Of a stretch of 33,556 bases of DNA, positions 9,509 through 19,497 are shown one piece after another. The notes below the pieces were generated by a model. It did not search any database and was not told the DNA's origin. It saw only the letters and a program-made list of their open reading frames with translations. Source of the DNA: Candidatus Iainarchaeum sp. (GTDB lineage Archaea > Iainarchaeota > Iainarchaeia > Iainarchaeales > JAFGBZ01). Numbering within the stretch: position 1 is the stretch's first letter; every line of letters starts with the position of its first letter. The stretch covers positions 1 through 33,556 of the forward strand of contig JAFGBZ010000062.1 in assembly GCA_016932875.1 (NCBI GenBank). The letters run 5' to 3'. The translations under genes and the position numbers were made by a program.

Positions 9509-9564
9509 ATAGATTAAATAGAAAAGAAAAACAATTTAAAGGAATAATCCAAGTTAATAGTAAT

Positions 9565-10605
9565 ATGAAAGTGCTAACTATTAATCGGAAAGAACAATTC
9601 TTTGAAGTACTTCCTGATTCAATTGAAGATTTATGGGTTTTAGAAAGATTGATTCAAGAAGGAGATTTATGTAGCGGGCAGACTGAAAGAAAGATTAAAG
9701 CAACACAAGAAGGAGAAAAGACAGTAAAGAAAGCTGTTTTTATTGAAGTGAAAGCAGAAAAAATTGAATTTCACCCTGATTCTGCAAGTTTACGCATACT
9801 TGGAGAAATAACTGCAGGACACCCAGCAGAATTAATTGAAATAAAATCCCATCACACAATTGAAGCTGAAATTGGAAAAAAAATTAAAATAAAAAAAGAA
9901 AAATTAATGCAATACCACATTGAATTATTAGAGAAAGCAAAAAAAGCTTCAATGAAAGAAAAAATTCTTGCAGTAATCCTTGATGATGAAGAAGCAGGAT
10001 TATATACTGTATCAGATTACGGCACAGAAAAAAAAGCATTAATTAAAGCAGAAAAACAAGGAAAAAGATTTAAAGCAGAAGAAAAAGGAAACAAATACTT
10101 TGAAGAAATAATTGAAAAAATTTCACAGCTTGAATCAAAAAAAATAATTATTGCAGGCCCTGGATTTACAAGAGAAAATTTAATTAAATTCATGCAAAAC
10201 AAAAAACAAAAAATGCAGATAATAAATGAACCGCTTAATTCAATTGGAAAAACAGGTTTAACTGAATTAATTAAATCAGGTAAAATGAAAGCACTGGAAA
10301 AAGAAATGGAATTAGAAAAAGAAGCATTAGCTGTAGAGGAATTAATTACTGAAATAAGCAGAGAAAACAAATTAGCTGAATATGGTTTAAATGAAGTAAA
10401 AAAAGCAATTGAATTTGGAGCAGGAAAAAAATTACTTGTATTAGATGAACTATTATTAAAAAACAGAAAAGAAATGGAAGAAATAATTAATTCAGCAGAA
10501 CAGCAAAAAACACCAGTAATAATTGTTTCAGTGAAAACAGATGCAGGAAAAAAACTCAAAGGATTAAGCGGAATTGCTGCTTTATTAAGATTTAAAATTC
10601 AGTGA
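9565..10605 (+). CDS. pelA: mRNA surveillance protein pelota (aDom34)
   Basis: Motifs EDLW.L..LI..GD, LRI.G.I, HHT, AGPGF, YG..EV.KA...GA and L.GIAALLRF. Confidence 0.92.
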   Translation: MKVLTINRKEQFFEVLPDSIEDLWVLERLIQEGDLCSGQTERKIKATQEGEKTVKKAVFIEVKAEKIEFHPDSASLRILGEITAGHPAELIEIKSHHTIEAEIGKKIKIKKEKLMQYHIELLEKAKKASMKEKILAVILDDEEAGLYTVSDYGTEKKALIKAEKQGKRFKAEEKGNKYFEEIIEKISQLESKKIIIAGPGFTRENLIKFMQNKKQKMQIINEPLNSIGKTGLTELIKSGKMKALEKEMELEKEALAVEELITEISRENKLAEYGLNEVKKAIEFGAGKKLLVLDELLLKNRKEMEEIINSAEQQKTPVIIVSVKTDAGKKLKGLSGIAALLRFKIQ

Positions 10606-10610
10606 ATAAT

Positions 10611-10979
10611 TTATTCAATCCTGTATTCCATCCAATTAATTTTTTTATCTTTAACTAATTGTTTTATGTTTTTTTGTTTTGCACTTAACTGGGATTTATT
10701 TGTTTTAAATTCACAGAAAACTATTTTGTTTTCATCAAAAACTATTCCATCAATTGGTTTCCCTATAAAACAGAAATCCTGCGGATTAAAAGGAAAATCT
10801 TTAGTGAAAGGAATCCATTGCTCTGTTAACTGCCCGTATTTAACTGACTGGGAAATTTTCTGGGTTTTTAATTCAGTTAATTTTACTGAAAGGGAGGAAA
10901 TTTTATGGAATAAAAAAATAGTTACTCCAATTAAAATTACAAGTAAAACTAACAAAAACAACAGGAAAAAATCCATCAA
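10611..10979 (-). CDS. Membrane-anchored PD-(D/E)xK nuclease related to archaeal Holliday junction resolvase (Endonuc_Holl-like)
   Basis: N-terminal TM helix. Motifs G..EQ..PF, FIG.PID.IVF, EFKT..SQLS..Q..I. Confidence 0.8.
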   Translation of the reverse strand: MMDFFLLFLLVLLVILIGVTIFLFHKISSLSVKLTELKTQKISQSVKYGQLTEQWIPFTKDFPFNPQDFCFIGKPIDGIVFDENKIVFCEFKTNKSQLSAKQKNIKQLVKDKKINWMEYRIE

Positions 10980-11060
10980 CTCACTTAACTTTCAAATTCA
11001 ATTAAACAACTTTTCTTTTTGCATCTGTGCTTTTTCTTTTTTTAAAAGAAAAAGTCAGGT

Positions 11061-11408
11061 TTAGTAATATTTTGTTCCGTCGCCTGTTAAAATTACTAAT
11101 GAATACTTTGAACCTTTTTCTTTTGCTGCTGAAAGCAATGCAATGTGTTCTTTTCCTGAACCTGAAACAATTGATAAAGCTAATTCGCCTTCAGGAAGTT
11201 TTTCCATTATTTCTTTTTTAATTATTTCAAATCCTGCTCTGCTGTTAACAAGAATCCAGTTTGCTTCTTTTGATGGTTTAAAGTTTTCTTTACCCCAGTC
11301 ATTTGAAATAAGGTAAATTCCATCCCATTCTTCTTCAGCAATCAAACGAGCCACATGTCCCCATGTTCCTTTGCCCATTCCAAGAACTGCAACTAAACTT
11401 TTTCCCAT
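11061..11408 (-). CDS. Conserved hypothetical protein with a possible CARF-like Rossmann fold
   Basis: 115 aa with GGGGG Shine-Dalgarno. Beta-loop-helix LVAVLGMGKGTW and a later LSIVSGSGKEHIALLSA segment. Confidence 0.6.
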   Translation of the reverse strand: MGKSLVAVLGMGKGTWGHVARLIAEEEWDGIYLISNDWGKENFKPSKEANWILVNSRAGFEIIKKEIMEKLPEGELALSIVSGSGKEHIALLSAAKEKGSKYSLVILTGDGTKYY

Positions 11409-11530
11409 AAAATAACCCCCAAAAAAGTATATAGAATTCTATATTATTAATATTATATAAAGATAATGGATTTAAAAGAATTAAAAAAAATAAAAGGAAT
11501 TGAAGGTTTATTTTAGAAATAAGGATTAAA

Positions 11531-13114
11531 TCAGCGTTTTTTAAGGTTTTTAAACATGTAAACGCCTTTTTTAGAGTAATTAAATTTTTCTTTATAATAA
11601 TTTTTTACTCCTAATCCTGAAATAATAATCATTTTCTTTTTATCAAATTCATTTAATGCAAGCTCTTCAGCTTTATTGATTAATAATTGTCCTATTCCTT
11701 TATGCTGTACTGCGGTTTCTTTATGTTTTCCTACTGCAAGGGCTTCACCGTAAACATGCAGTTCTCTTATCAAAGCTGTTTCTGAATCAATTTCTTTTCT
11801 GAATGAAGTTGAAGGAATTCTTAATCTTGTAAATCCTGCAAGAATTTTTCTTTTTTTGTCTTCAAAGGAAATAAATAATTCTTTTCCTTTTGATGCATCA
11901 TATTTTTCAGTAAATAATTTGAATTCATTTAAATCAAATTCAGTTCCTTTTCTTGCATTAATTCCTGCTTCTCTGCATCTGATGCATTTGCATTCAGTTT
12001 TATTTTTCTTTAATTCAGTTTCAACTAATTCACGTAAATTGCTTTTAGTTACTCCTGCATCAATTAATCCTGCAGGAATGTCTCTTTGAATTCTCATAAT
12101 CCTAACCCAAGGAGGAATTTCTTCTTTTAATTTAGCAATTAATTTAGCTGCTCTTTCATTTGAAAGCGGAGTGAATTCATTTTTTTTATATAACTCATAA
12201 AGTTTTGTTCCTTTAATTACTAAACAAGGATAAATTTTCAGCATATCTGGTTTAAATTCAGGATTTGAAAAAACTTTTCTGAACATCAATAAATCTTTTT
12301 TTTCATTTGAACCATACATTCCAGGCATTAAATGATAAACTATTTTGAAAGCAGAATCCTTCAATAATTGAGTTGAATTAATTACATCTAACACTGAATG
12401 ATTTCTTTTATTCAATGAATAAATTTCATCATCAGGATTCTGAACACCTAATTCAACACGCGTTCCTCCTAATTCAAGAAATCTGTTTATTTCTTTTTTT
12501 CCGCAGTAATCAGGACGGGTTTCAAAAGTTATTCCAATTATTCTGCGCAAAGATTTTTCAGCTGAAAGTTTTGCTTCTTTAAATGAATTATTTTTCTTTT
12601 CAGTTACTGCATCTAAACAGCGTTTAACAAAATTTTTCTGATAAGAATAAGGCATTGAAGCAAGTGTTCCTCCCATTACAATTAATTCAATTTTTTCAGC
12701 TTTATGTCCTATTGCATCTAATTGTTCTATTCGATTTCTTGCCTGCTTAAATGCATTAAATTTAAACATTAATCCGCGCATTGCAGCAGGTTCTTTTCCA
12801 GTATAACTTTTAGGAGTATTTACTCCAATTCCAGTAGAACAATAAATGCATTGTCCTGGACATTTATGGGGTTTAACCATTACAGCAATTATCTGCACTC
12901 CTGAAATTGAACGCGTGGATTTAATTGAAAGAAATTGCTTTGCTTTTTCAGAAGGGTTTTTAGTTAATGAAAGCAAATCAGGGTTTGTAGGAATTTTTTT
13001 AACTGAATGTTTTCTGCATAAAATCATTTTTTTTAAATTTAATTCTTTAAATGACTTTATTTTACCTGAATCAATTAAATCATTTAATTCTAAAACAAAG
13101 GATTCAATAGACAA
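11531..13114 (-). CDS. elp3: tRNA uridine(34) acetyltransferase Elp3 (radical SAM plus KAT)
   Basis: Motifs CPGQCIYC, KSYTG.EPA, MGGT, ETRPD, TRVELGVQ, KIYP, RIQRDIP, CIRCRE, RELHVYG and QHKGIG. Confidence 0.96.
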   Translation of the reverse strand: MSIESFVLELNDLIDSGKIKSFKELNLKKMILCRKHSVKKIPTNPDLLSLTKNPSEKAKQFLSIKSTRSISGVQIIAVMVKPHKCPGQCIYCSTGIGVNTPKSYTGKEPAAMRGLMFKFNAFKQARNRIEQLDAIGHKAEKIELIVMGGTLASMPYSYQKNFVKRCLDAVTEKKNNSFKEAKLSAEKSLRRIIGITFETRPDYCGKKEINRFLELGGTRVELGVQNPDDEIYSLNKRNHSVLDVINSTQLLKDSAFKIVYHLMPGMYGSNEKKDLLMFRKVFSNPEFKPDMLKIYPCLVIKGTKLYELYKKNEFTPLSNERAAKLIAKLKEEIPPWVRIMRIQRDIPAGLIDAGVTKSNLRELVETELKKNKTECKCIRCREAGINARKGTEFDLNEFKLFTEKYDASKGKELFISFEDKKRKILAGFTRLRIPSTSFRKEIDSETALIRELHVYGEALAVGKHKETAVQHKGIGQLLINKAEELALNEFDKKKMIIISGLGVKNYYKEKFNYSKKGVYMFKNLKKR

Positions 13115-13120
13115 CTGAAA

Positions 13121-13909
13121 TCACATTAAATAGCCTGCAAGCACATTAATTAAATTAAATGGAATCAATGAAATTGAATAAACTGGAAACCCTGCAAGAA
13201 AAGCATAAAATTTTCCTTCAAGCGAAGGCTTTGAATTCATTACTGCATTAAGTGAAACAAGAATTTTTTTATTTTCATTTAAAAAATTAAATTTAAACTG
13301 TCTTCTTTCAGTCTGCTGAGGAACAACTTTAACATTTAATTCTTTAACTGAATTAGCCGGAACAATAAATGAAACTGCTTCAGTCCATGTTCTTGGAAGA
13401 GATGATTCCATTAAAATTTCCTGAGAACAAATTGAATTATTTGAAACAATCAATAAATACTTTGAAGATTCGCCTGTTTTTCCTTCAACAAAAAGAGCAG
13501 GAGAAGAAGCAAGAATTAATTGTTCATTAGTGATTATAACTTTTAAAGTAAAAGATTCTTTTTCAACTGATTTTAATGGAGCTGAAAGAATTAAATTAAT
13601 ATTATAAATATTCGGCAAAGTTGTTTCAGGAATTTTAATTAAAACTTCAATTGTTTTATCATTTTTGCCTGAAGATACAAGCTCCCAGCCTGAAGGAAGC
13701 ATTACATCAGCTTTTTCCCATAATAAGCCGTCTTCACGGTAAGAGTTGTCTGAAACAATTAATTTAAGCGTTTGTCCAGGCATTGCTTTGCCTAATTCAA
13801 TTGAATCATTTGCCTGCAGATGGCTTTCAATTGGAATTAAAATCAATGAATCAGCAAAACAATTAACTGAAAAAAGCAATAAAACTAATAAAACAGTTTT
13901 TTTAAACAT
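13121..13909 (-). CDS. Exported, C-terminally anchored hypothetical protein (probable Ig-like beta-sandwich repeats)
   Basis: Signal peptide, beta-rich body and hydrophobic C-terminus. GGGGGAG Shine-Dalgarno. Confidence 0.6.
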   Translation of the reverse strand: MFKKTVLLVLLLFSVNCFADSLILIPIESHLQANDSIELGKAMPGQTLKLIVSDNSYREDGLLWEKADVMLPSGWELVSSGKNDKTIEVLIKIPETTLPNIYNINLILSAPLKSVEKESFTLKVIITNEQLILASSPALFVEGKTGESSKYLLIVSNNSICSQEILMESSLPRTWTEAVSFIVPANSVKELNVKVVPQQTERRQFKFNFLNENKKILVSLNAVMNSKPSLEGKFYAFLAGFPVYSISLIPFNLINVLAGYLM

Positions 13910-13975
13910 TCAACTCCCCCATAATATAACTAAATATATGAGCAAAACTTAAAAATGAATTTGAGGGGTTAAAAA

Positions 13976-14557
13976 ATGCCTAAAACAAGGTTTGAAATGA
14001 TTAAAGAACGGCATAGAAAAACATTTGAAGAAGCTTTAAGCAAAGGAAAAATCGATGAGCCCTTGCTTGAATTATGCGAATTTATTTCAAAAACAAAAAA
14101 TTATTTTACAAGCAGCCATTGCTCTGGAAGAATAATGCTTTTAAATTCTGATTTAAATGAAGAAAAAAAAGAAGCAGCTTTTTACAGAAAATGGCATAGA
14201 AAAGTTGAATTCAAGGAATTAATGAATGCATTAACTGAATGCAGTCATCCTTTATGGTTTAAAATGGAGCCATTCATTCTTCACATCGGATGCGGAACAA
14301 TGGAAAATGCAAAAAAATTAATTGAATTAAAAGACAAATCAGGAATTAAACGCGGAGGAATAATGGTTTTAAGCGAAGGAAAAATAATTCTTGAATTAAC
14401 TGGAACACAATACATTAGTGTTCCATTAAAAGACAAAAAAATGCTTTTAGATGAACAAGCATTAAAAATAGTTCTTGAAACAGCAAATAAAAAAATGGAT
14501 AAAAACTTTGAACAAATTAAAAGACTTACAATAAATGCAAAAAAAATGCTGAAATGA
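13976..14557 (+). CDS. taw3: tRNA(Phe) wyosine-pathway methyltransferase Taw3/TYW3
   Basis: Motifs G.ID, YFTSS.CSGRI, KWH, EPFILH and G.K..GI. Confidence 0.88.
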   Translation: MPKTRFEMIKERHRKTFEEALSKGKIDEPLLELCEFISKTKNYFTSSHCSGRIMLLNSDLNEEKKEAAFYRKWHRKVEFKELMNALTECSHPLWFKMEPFILHIGCGTMENAKKLIELKDKSGIKRGGIMVLSEGKIILELTGTQYISVPLKDKKMLLDEQALKIVLETANKKMDKNFEQIKRLTINAKKMLK

Positions 14558-14596
14558 AAAAATAAATTAAAATTAAAAAAATTTAAAGTGAATTAA

Positions 14597-15103
14597 ATGC
14601 GCTGTTTTATTGCATTGAATTTATCAAATAAAGCAAAAAAAGAAATTAATGAATTAAATGAATTGATTGATGAAAAAAAATTCAGAAAAGTAAAAGAAGA
14701 AAATTTTCATATTACAATGCGTTTTTTAGGCGAAATAAGCGAAGAAAAAGCATTTGAATTAAGCAGGAAATTAAATGAAATTAAATTTAATGAATTTGAA
14801 ATTGAATTAAATGAAGCAGGCTTTTTCGGATTAAATGTTTTATGGATTGCTTCAAAAGAAAAAGAAAAATTAAATGAATTAAATGAAAAATTGAATGAAT
14901 TAATTGGAGAAGATAAAAGATTTCATGCACATGTAACTCTTGCAAGAAACAGAAATGCTGAAAAAAAAGAATTTAAGGAAGCAGTTGAAAAATTAAGGGA
15001 AAAAAAGTTTTCAATTAAATCAAAAATTAATTCAATTGATTTAATGGAATCAGAATTAACAAGCAAAGGAAGCAAATACAAAAAAATTAATTTAAAAAAT
15101 TAA
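14597..15103 (+). CDS. thpR: RNA 2',3'-cyclic phosphodiesterase (2H family, LigT/ThpR)
   Basis: MRCFIA N-terminus, two HxT motifs (HITMRFLG, HVTLAR) and L.ES.LT..G..Y C-terminus. Confidence 0.92.
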   Translation: MRCFIALNLSNKAKKEINELNELIDEKKFRKVKEENFHITMRFLGEISEEKAFELSRKLNEIKFNEFEIELNEAGFFGLNVLWIASKEKEKLNELNEKLNELIGEDKRFHAHVTLARNRNAEKKEFKEAVEKLREKKFSIKSKINSIDLMESELTSKGSKYKKINLKN

Positions 15104-16674
15104 AATTTCGGTGAAACATTATTCACTACATTTTCAAGAATTTCTTCCGGGTTATGATAATATTTCTGAATTATTGTTTCAACCTGTGGAGTTGAAGTGA
15201 TTTTGTTTGAAACCAGCCAGTCAAGGATGCGTTTTCTTATTCCTATTTCCTGAAGTACTTCTTTTTTTGTTTTAGCAGTTCTTTCAGCAAGCAGTTCAAT
15301 TGTATGGCTTGGAATATTTGTTCTCTTTATTTCATCTGACTGTTTATCCCATTCAAAAACATTTGCAAGCAATGGTTTTCCTTCAAGAGAAGTTAATTCA
15401 GTTATCTGATTCATTCGTCTAATAATCCCTTTTCCGCGGATATAATATTTGGATTGAACTAAAATCAAATCAAGCAAGGGAATCATTGATTCAGGAACAC
15501 TCATTGGATTTGATTCTAATCTAATCAATAAATCTTTTGCAGTATTTGAATGCAATGTACCCATGCTTCCTTTATGTCCTGTATCCATTGCAACAAATAA
15601 AGTCTGAGCTTCTTCTCCGCGGACTTCGCCTAAAATTATTCTGTCAGGACGCATTCTTAAAGAATTTTTCAATAAATCATTCATTGAAACTTCCTGCAGT
15701 TCCCTTATACGTGGTTTTGCTTCCATCTGCACCCAATTTTCTCTGGAACCCAAATGCAGTTCAAGAGTATCTTCAATTGTAATTATTCTGTCGCTGTAAC
15801 GAATGAAACTTGTAAGCACATTAAGGGTTGCAGTTTTTCCGCTTCCTGTTCCGCCTGAAATAATCATATTCATTGGCTCAATGTTAAGCCCTTCAACCAT
15901 AACCCATAAAAATGCAGCAACATCTGAAGAAAGAGTTTTATTATTAATTAAATCAATTACAGATAAAGGAATATGAGTAAATTTTCTTATTGTAAGAGTT
16001 GCACCAAAAGGAGTAACATAGGAATCTGTTGCATTTGCTCTGCTTCCATCAGGAAGTCTTGCATCCAATAAAGGCGCATTTTCTGAAATTTTTCTTCCGC
16101 AAGTTTCAGCAATCTTTGCAATTAAATCATCTAAATATTGTTTGCTTGAAATCATCAGATTTGTTTTGCATAAACCATAACGTTTATGATAAACATAAAT
16201 TGGTTTTTTTGCACCATTAATCATTACTTCTTCAAGTTTTTCATCTTCAATTAATGAAGCAATTAATCCATAACCAACTGATTCATCAATAAGCCTTGAA
16301 GAAAAAATTAATGGATCAGAAACATCTTTCACATATTTTTTCAAAAGCAAGGAAAGAGAACGCTTTAAATCAGAATAAAGTTCAGGATTTAATAGTTTTG
16401 ATTTTCCATCAACAGGATTTAAAATGCGGATTATTAATTCATTAAGTTCAGAAAAAAAATCCGATGAAATGCCTTTAATTTTTGAAGAAGACATTAAATT
16501 AGAACCGCTTATTGAATGTGCAAGAAAAGAAAAAATAACCTGCTCTTTCTCAGTGAATTCAGGAAATGAAACAACATAGAAATTCTGGGGAAAACCTTCA
16601 AAAATTTCAACTGAATCATATGACTCAAGTATTTTTCCTTTAATATCTTCAATCCCTGAATTCTTTTTAACCAA
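15100..16674 (-). CDS. Type IV pilus/secretion assembly ATPase (CpaF/TadA/VirB11 family)
   Basis: Motifs DARLPDGSR.NA, TIRKF, Walker A GGTGSGKT, IEDT.EL, LRMRPDRIILGEVRG.EA and TGH.G..GTLH. Confidence 0.93.
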   Translation of the reverse strand: MVKKNSGIEDIKGKILESYDSVEIFEGFPQNFYVVSFPEFTEKEQVIFSFLAHSISGSNLMSSSKIKGISSDFFSELNELIIRILNPVDGKSKLLNPELYSDLKRSLSLLLKKYVKDVSDPLIFSSRLIDESVGYGLIASLIEDEKLEEVMINGAKKPIYVYHKRYGLCKTNLMISSKQYLDDLIAKIAETCGRKISENAPLLDARLPDGSRANATDSYVTPFGATLTIRKFTHIPLSVIDLINNKTLSSDVAAFLWVMVEGLNIEPMNMIISGGTGSGKTATLNVLTSFIRYSDRIITIEDTLELHLGSRENWVQMEAKPRIRELQEVSMNDLLKNSLRMRPDRIILGEVRGEEAQTLFVAMDTGHKGSMGTLHSNTAKDLLIRLESNPMSVPESMIPLLDLILVQSKYYIRGKGIIRRMNQITELTSLEGKPLLANVFEWDKQSDEIKRTNIPSHTIELLAERTAKTKKEVLQEIGIRKRILDWLVSNKITSTPQVETIIQKYYHNPEEILENVVNNVSPKF

Positions 16675-16745
16675 ATAAAACCACTGTTTAAAAAAGTGTT
16701 AAACATATATTTATTTTTATCAATTCACATTATATTGAATGAAAA

Positions 16746-18122
16746 GTGATTAATATAAAGAAATTGCTTGAAAAAACCCTGAAAAAAATAAAGCCGATAG
16801 AAAAAGAGTTAAAAGAAGAAAAAAAATTCACTGAAGAAATCATTGAAAAAATACAGAAATTAAATCCAAACATACAAGAAACAGTGCTTGCAGGCTCTCT
16901 TTCACGGGAAACCCATCTGAAAGGAGACAGGGATTTTGATATCTTTATTTTATTTGATTCAAAAATGCCTTTAAAAGAATTTGAATTCCAAGCAATTGAA
17001 ACAGGGAAAAAATTTTTTAAAGGACATAAATGGGAAAAAGCCTATTCACAGCATCCTTACATTAAAGGAGAAATAAACGGATTCAAAATAGAAGTTGTTC
17101 CAAGCTATAAAATAAGCGGAACAGAATTAATGCAGAGCGCTGTTGACAGGACTCCTTTTCATACAAAATATTTGGAAAGAAAATTAACTGAAAAACAAAA
17201 AGATGAAGTAAGATTATTAAAAAAATTTTTGAAGGGAATTAATGCTTACGGCGCTGAATTGAAAACAAATTCAATGCCAGGATATTTAACTGAACTGCTT
17301 ATACTGAACTATGGTTCATTTGAAAATACTTTAAAGGAAGTAAGCAAATGGAAAACCATTCAGATAATTGACTTGGAAAAACAATTAACTGAAGAAGAAG
17401 CAAAAAAATTTGATTCACCTTTAATTGTAATTGACCCAGTGGATAAAACAAGGAATGTTGCAGCAGCAGTTTCAATGAATCAGAAAGCAAGATTTATTGC
17501 AGCGGCACGCGAGTTTTTGAAAAAACCAAGCGAAAAATTCTTTTTTGAACATAAAAGAAAAATATTGAATAAAAGCAAAATAAAGGAATTTTTGAAAAAA
17601 AAAGAATTAATTGCATTAAAAATAAATTACCCTAAAGGAGAGCTTGCAGATAATGTTTGGGGGCAGTTAAAAAGATTAAGCAAAAAAATCGCAAACGCGC
17701 TTGAAGAAAAAGAATTCATTGTTTACAGATTTGATGAATGGACTGATGAAAAAAAAGAAATGATTATAATGCTTGAACTTGAATCACTTGTTCTGCAGAA
17801 AACAAAAAAATTAATTGGACCAGAAATAACCCAAGAAGAACATGTGAATAAATTCCTTGAAGCCCATAAAAAAAAGCTTTCGGGACCAAGAATTGAAAAA
17901 GCAAGAATAATCCTTGAAGGAGAAAGAAAATACATTAAAGCAAATAAATTCATTGAAGATTTCATTAAAAAAACAAGCAAAGAAGGAAAAACAGCAATAA
18001 ATAAACCGCTTAAAAAACCAGTAATACTTAATGAAAAACAAATAATGCAGTTATTTGATTCAGATAAGCAATTTGCAAGGTTTTTATCTGATTATTTGAT
18101 TGGAAAAGAAGTATTCTATTAA
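16746..18122 (+). CDS. cca: Archaeal class I CCA-adding enzyme
   Basis: Motifs GS..R.T.L.GD.D.DIF, Y..HPY, SAVDRTPFH, EVRLLK.FLK and DPVD..RNVAAA. Confidence 0.95.
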   Translation: MINIKKLLEKTLKKIKPIEKELKEEKKFTEEIIEKIQKLNPNIQETVLAGSLSRETHLKGDRDFDIFILFDSKMPLKEFEFQAIETGKKFFKGHKWEKAYSQHPYIKGEINGFKIEVVPSYKISGTELMQSAVDRTPFHTKYLERKLTEKQKDEVRLLKKFLKGINAYGAELKTNSMPGYLTELLILNYGSFENTLKEVSKWKTIQIIDLEKQLTEEEAKKFDSPLIVIDPVDKTRNVAAAVSMNQKARFIAAAREFLKKPSEKFFFEHKRKILNKSKIKEFLKKKELIALKINYPKGELADNVWGQLKRLSKKIANALEEKEFIVYRFDEWTDEKKEMIIMLELESLVLQKTKKLIGPEITQEEHVNKFLEAHKKKLSGPRIEKARIILEGERKYIKANKFIEDFIKKTSKEGKTAINKPLKKPVILNEKQIMQLFDSDKQFARFLSDYLIGKEVFY

Positions 18123-18183
18123 TCAATTCCCTTAAATTAATTTTCTTCTTTCAGTTAAGCATAATTAATGGGGGTTGATTTAA

Positions 18184-19497
18184 TTGAAAAAAAAAGTAAT
18201 TATTCTTGGCGCTGCAGGGCGTGACTTCCATAATTTCAATACTTATTACAGAGACAATGCTAATTATGAAGTTGTTGCTTTCACCGCAGAACAAATTCCA
18301 GGAATTGATGACAAAAAATATCCTGCTGAATTAGCAGGAAAAAATTATCCTAACGGAATACAAATTTACTCTGAAAAAGAACTTTCTGGATTAATAAAAA
18401 AATTCAATGTAGATGAAGTAGTATTATCTTACTCTGATTTACCTTATGAATATGTAATGAATCGCTCTGCATTAGTTAATGCAGAAGGAGCAAATTTTGT
18501 TTTGCTTGGAACAAAAGACACGCAGATTAAATCCAATAAAAAAGTAATTGGAGTATGCGCTGTAAGAACTGGTTGCGGAAAAAGCCAGACTTCAAGAGCA
18601 ATAGTAAAAATACTTAAAAATCATGGAATTAAAGCAGCAGCAATAAGACATCCAATGCCTTACGGGGATTTAGTTAAACAAAAAGTACAGGCATTCAGAG
18701 AAATGAATGATTTAAAAAAACATGAATGCACCATTGAAGAAATGGAAGAATATGAACCATATATTGCTGAAGGATTAAGCATTTTTGCAGGAGTAGATTA
18801 CGGAGCAATATTAAAAGAAGCAGAAAAAGAAGCTGACTTAATTTTATGGGACGGCGGAAACAATGATTTCTCTTTTTATAAAACAGATTTACTGATTACA
18901 GTTGCAGACCCATTACGCGCAGGACATGAAGTAAGCTATTATCCAGGAGAAGTTAATTTCAGAGCAGCAGATATAATTTTAATAAATAAAATTAATTCAG
19001 CTAAACCAGAACAAATTAAATTAATTGAAGATAATGCAAAAAAAGTTAATCCAAAAGCAAAAATCATTAAAGCAGATTCAGTGCTTGAACTAGAAGAAAA
19101 AATTGATTTAAAAGGAAAAAAAGTTCTTGTGGTTGAAGACGGCCCAACAGTAACTCATGGAGGAATGGGAATCGGAGCAGGATATGTTTATGCAAAAGAA
19201 CACGGAGCAGAAATAATTGATGCGACAAAAAACTCTGTTGGATTAATTAAATCAACTTTTGAAAAATACAATCACTTGAAAAATGTGCTTCCAGCAATGG
19301 GTTACTCTGAACAGCAAGTAAAAGATTTAGAAACAACAATCAATAACACTGAATGCGATTTAGTTGTTTCAGGAACTCCAATTGATTTAAACAGATTAGT
19401 GAAAGCAAACAAAAAAATCGTGCACGTAAAATACGCTTTAAGCGATAAAGCAAAAAAAGAACTAGAAGAAGAATTAAAGAAAAGAGGATTTATTTAA
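18184..19497 (+). CDS. COG2403 family ATP-dependent enzyme: arginine synthetase (ArcE)-like, cyclic 2,3-diphosphoglycerate synthetase superfamily
   Basis: Motifs GAAGRDFHNFN, AVRTGCGKSQ, RHPMPYG, TIEE.EEYEP, WDGGNND and VEDGPT.THGGM. Confidence 0.8.
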   Translation: MKKKVIILGAAGRDFHNFNTYYRDNANYEVVAFTAEQIPGIDDKKYPAELAGKNYPNGIQIYSEKELSGLIKKFNVDEVVLSYSDLPYEYVMNRSALVNAEGANFVLLGTKDTQIKSNKKVIGVCAVRTGCGKSQTSRAIVKILKNHGIKAAAIRHPMPYGDLVKQKVQAFREMNDLKKHECTIEEMEEYEPYIAEGLSIFAGVDYGAILKEAEKEADLILWDGGNNDFSFYKTDLLITVADPLRAGHEVSYYPGEVNFRAADIILINKINSAKPEQIKLIEDNAKKVNPKAKIIKADSVLELEEKIDLKGKKVLVVEDGPTVTHGGMGIGAGYVYAKEHGAEIIDATKNSVGLIKSTFEKYNHLKNVLPAMGYSEQQVKDLETTINNTECDLVVSGTPIDLNRLVKANKKIVHVKYALSDKAKKELEEELKKRGFI

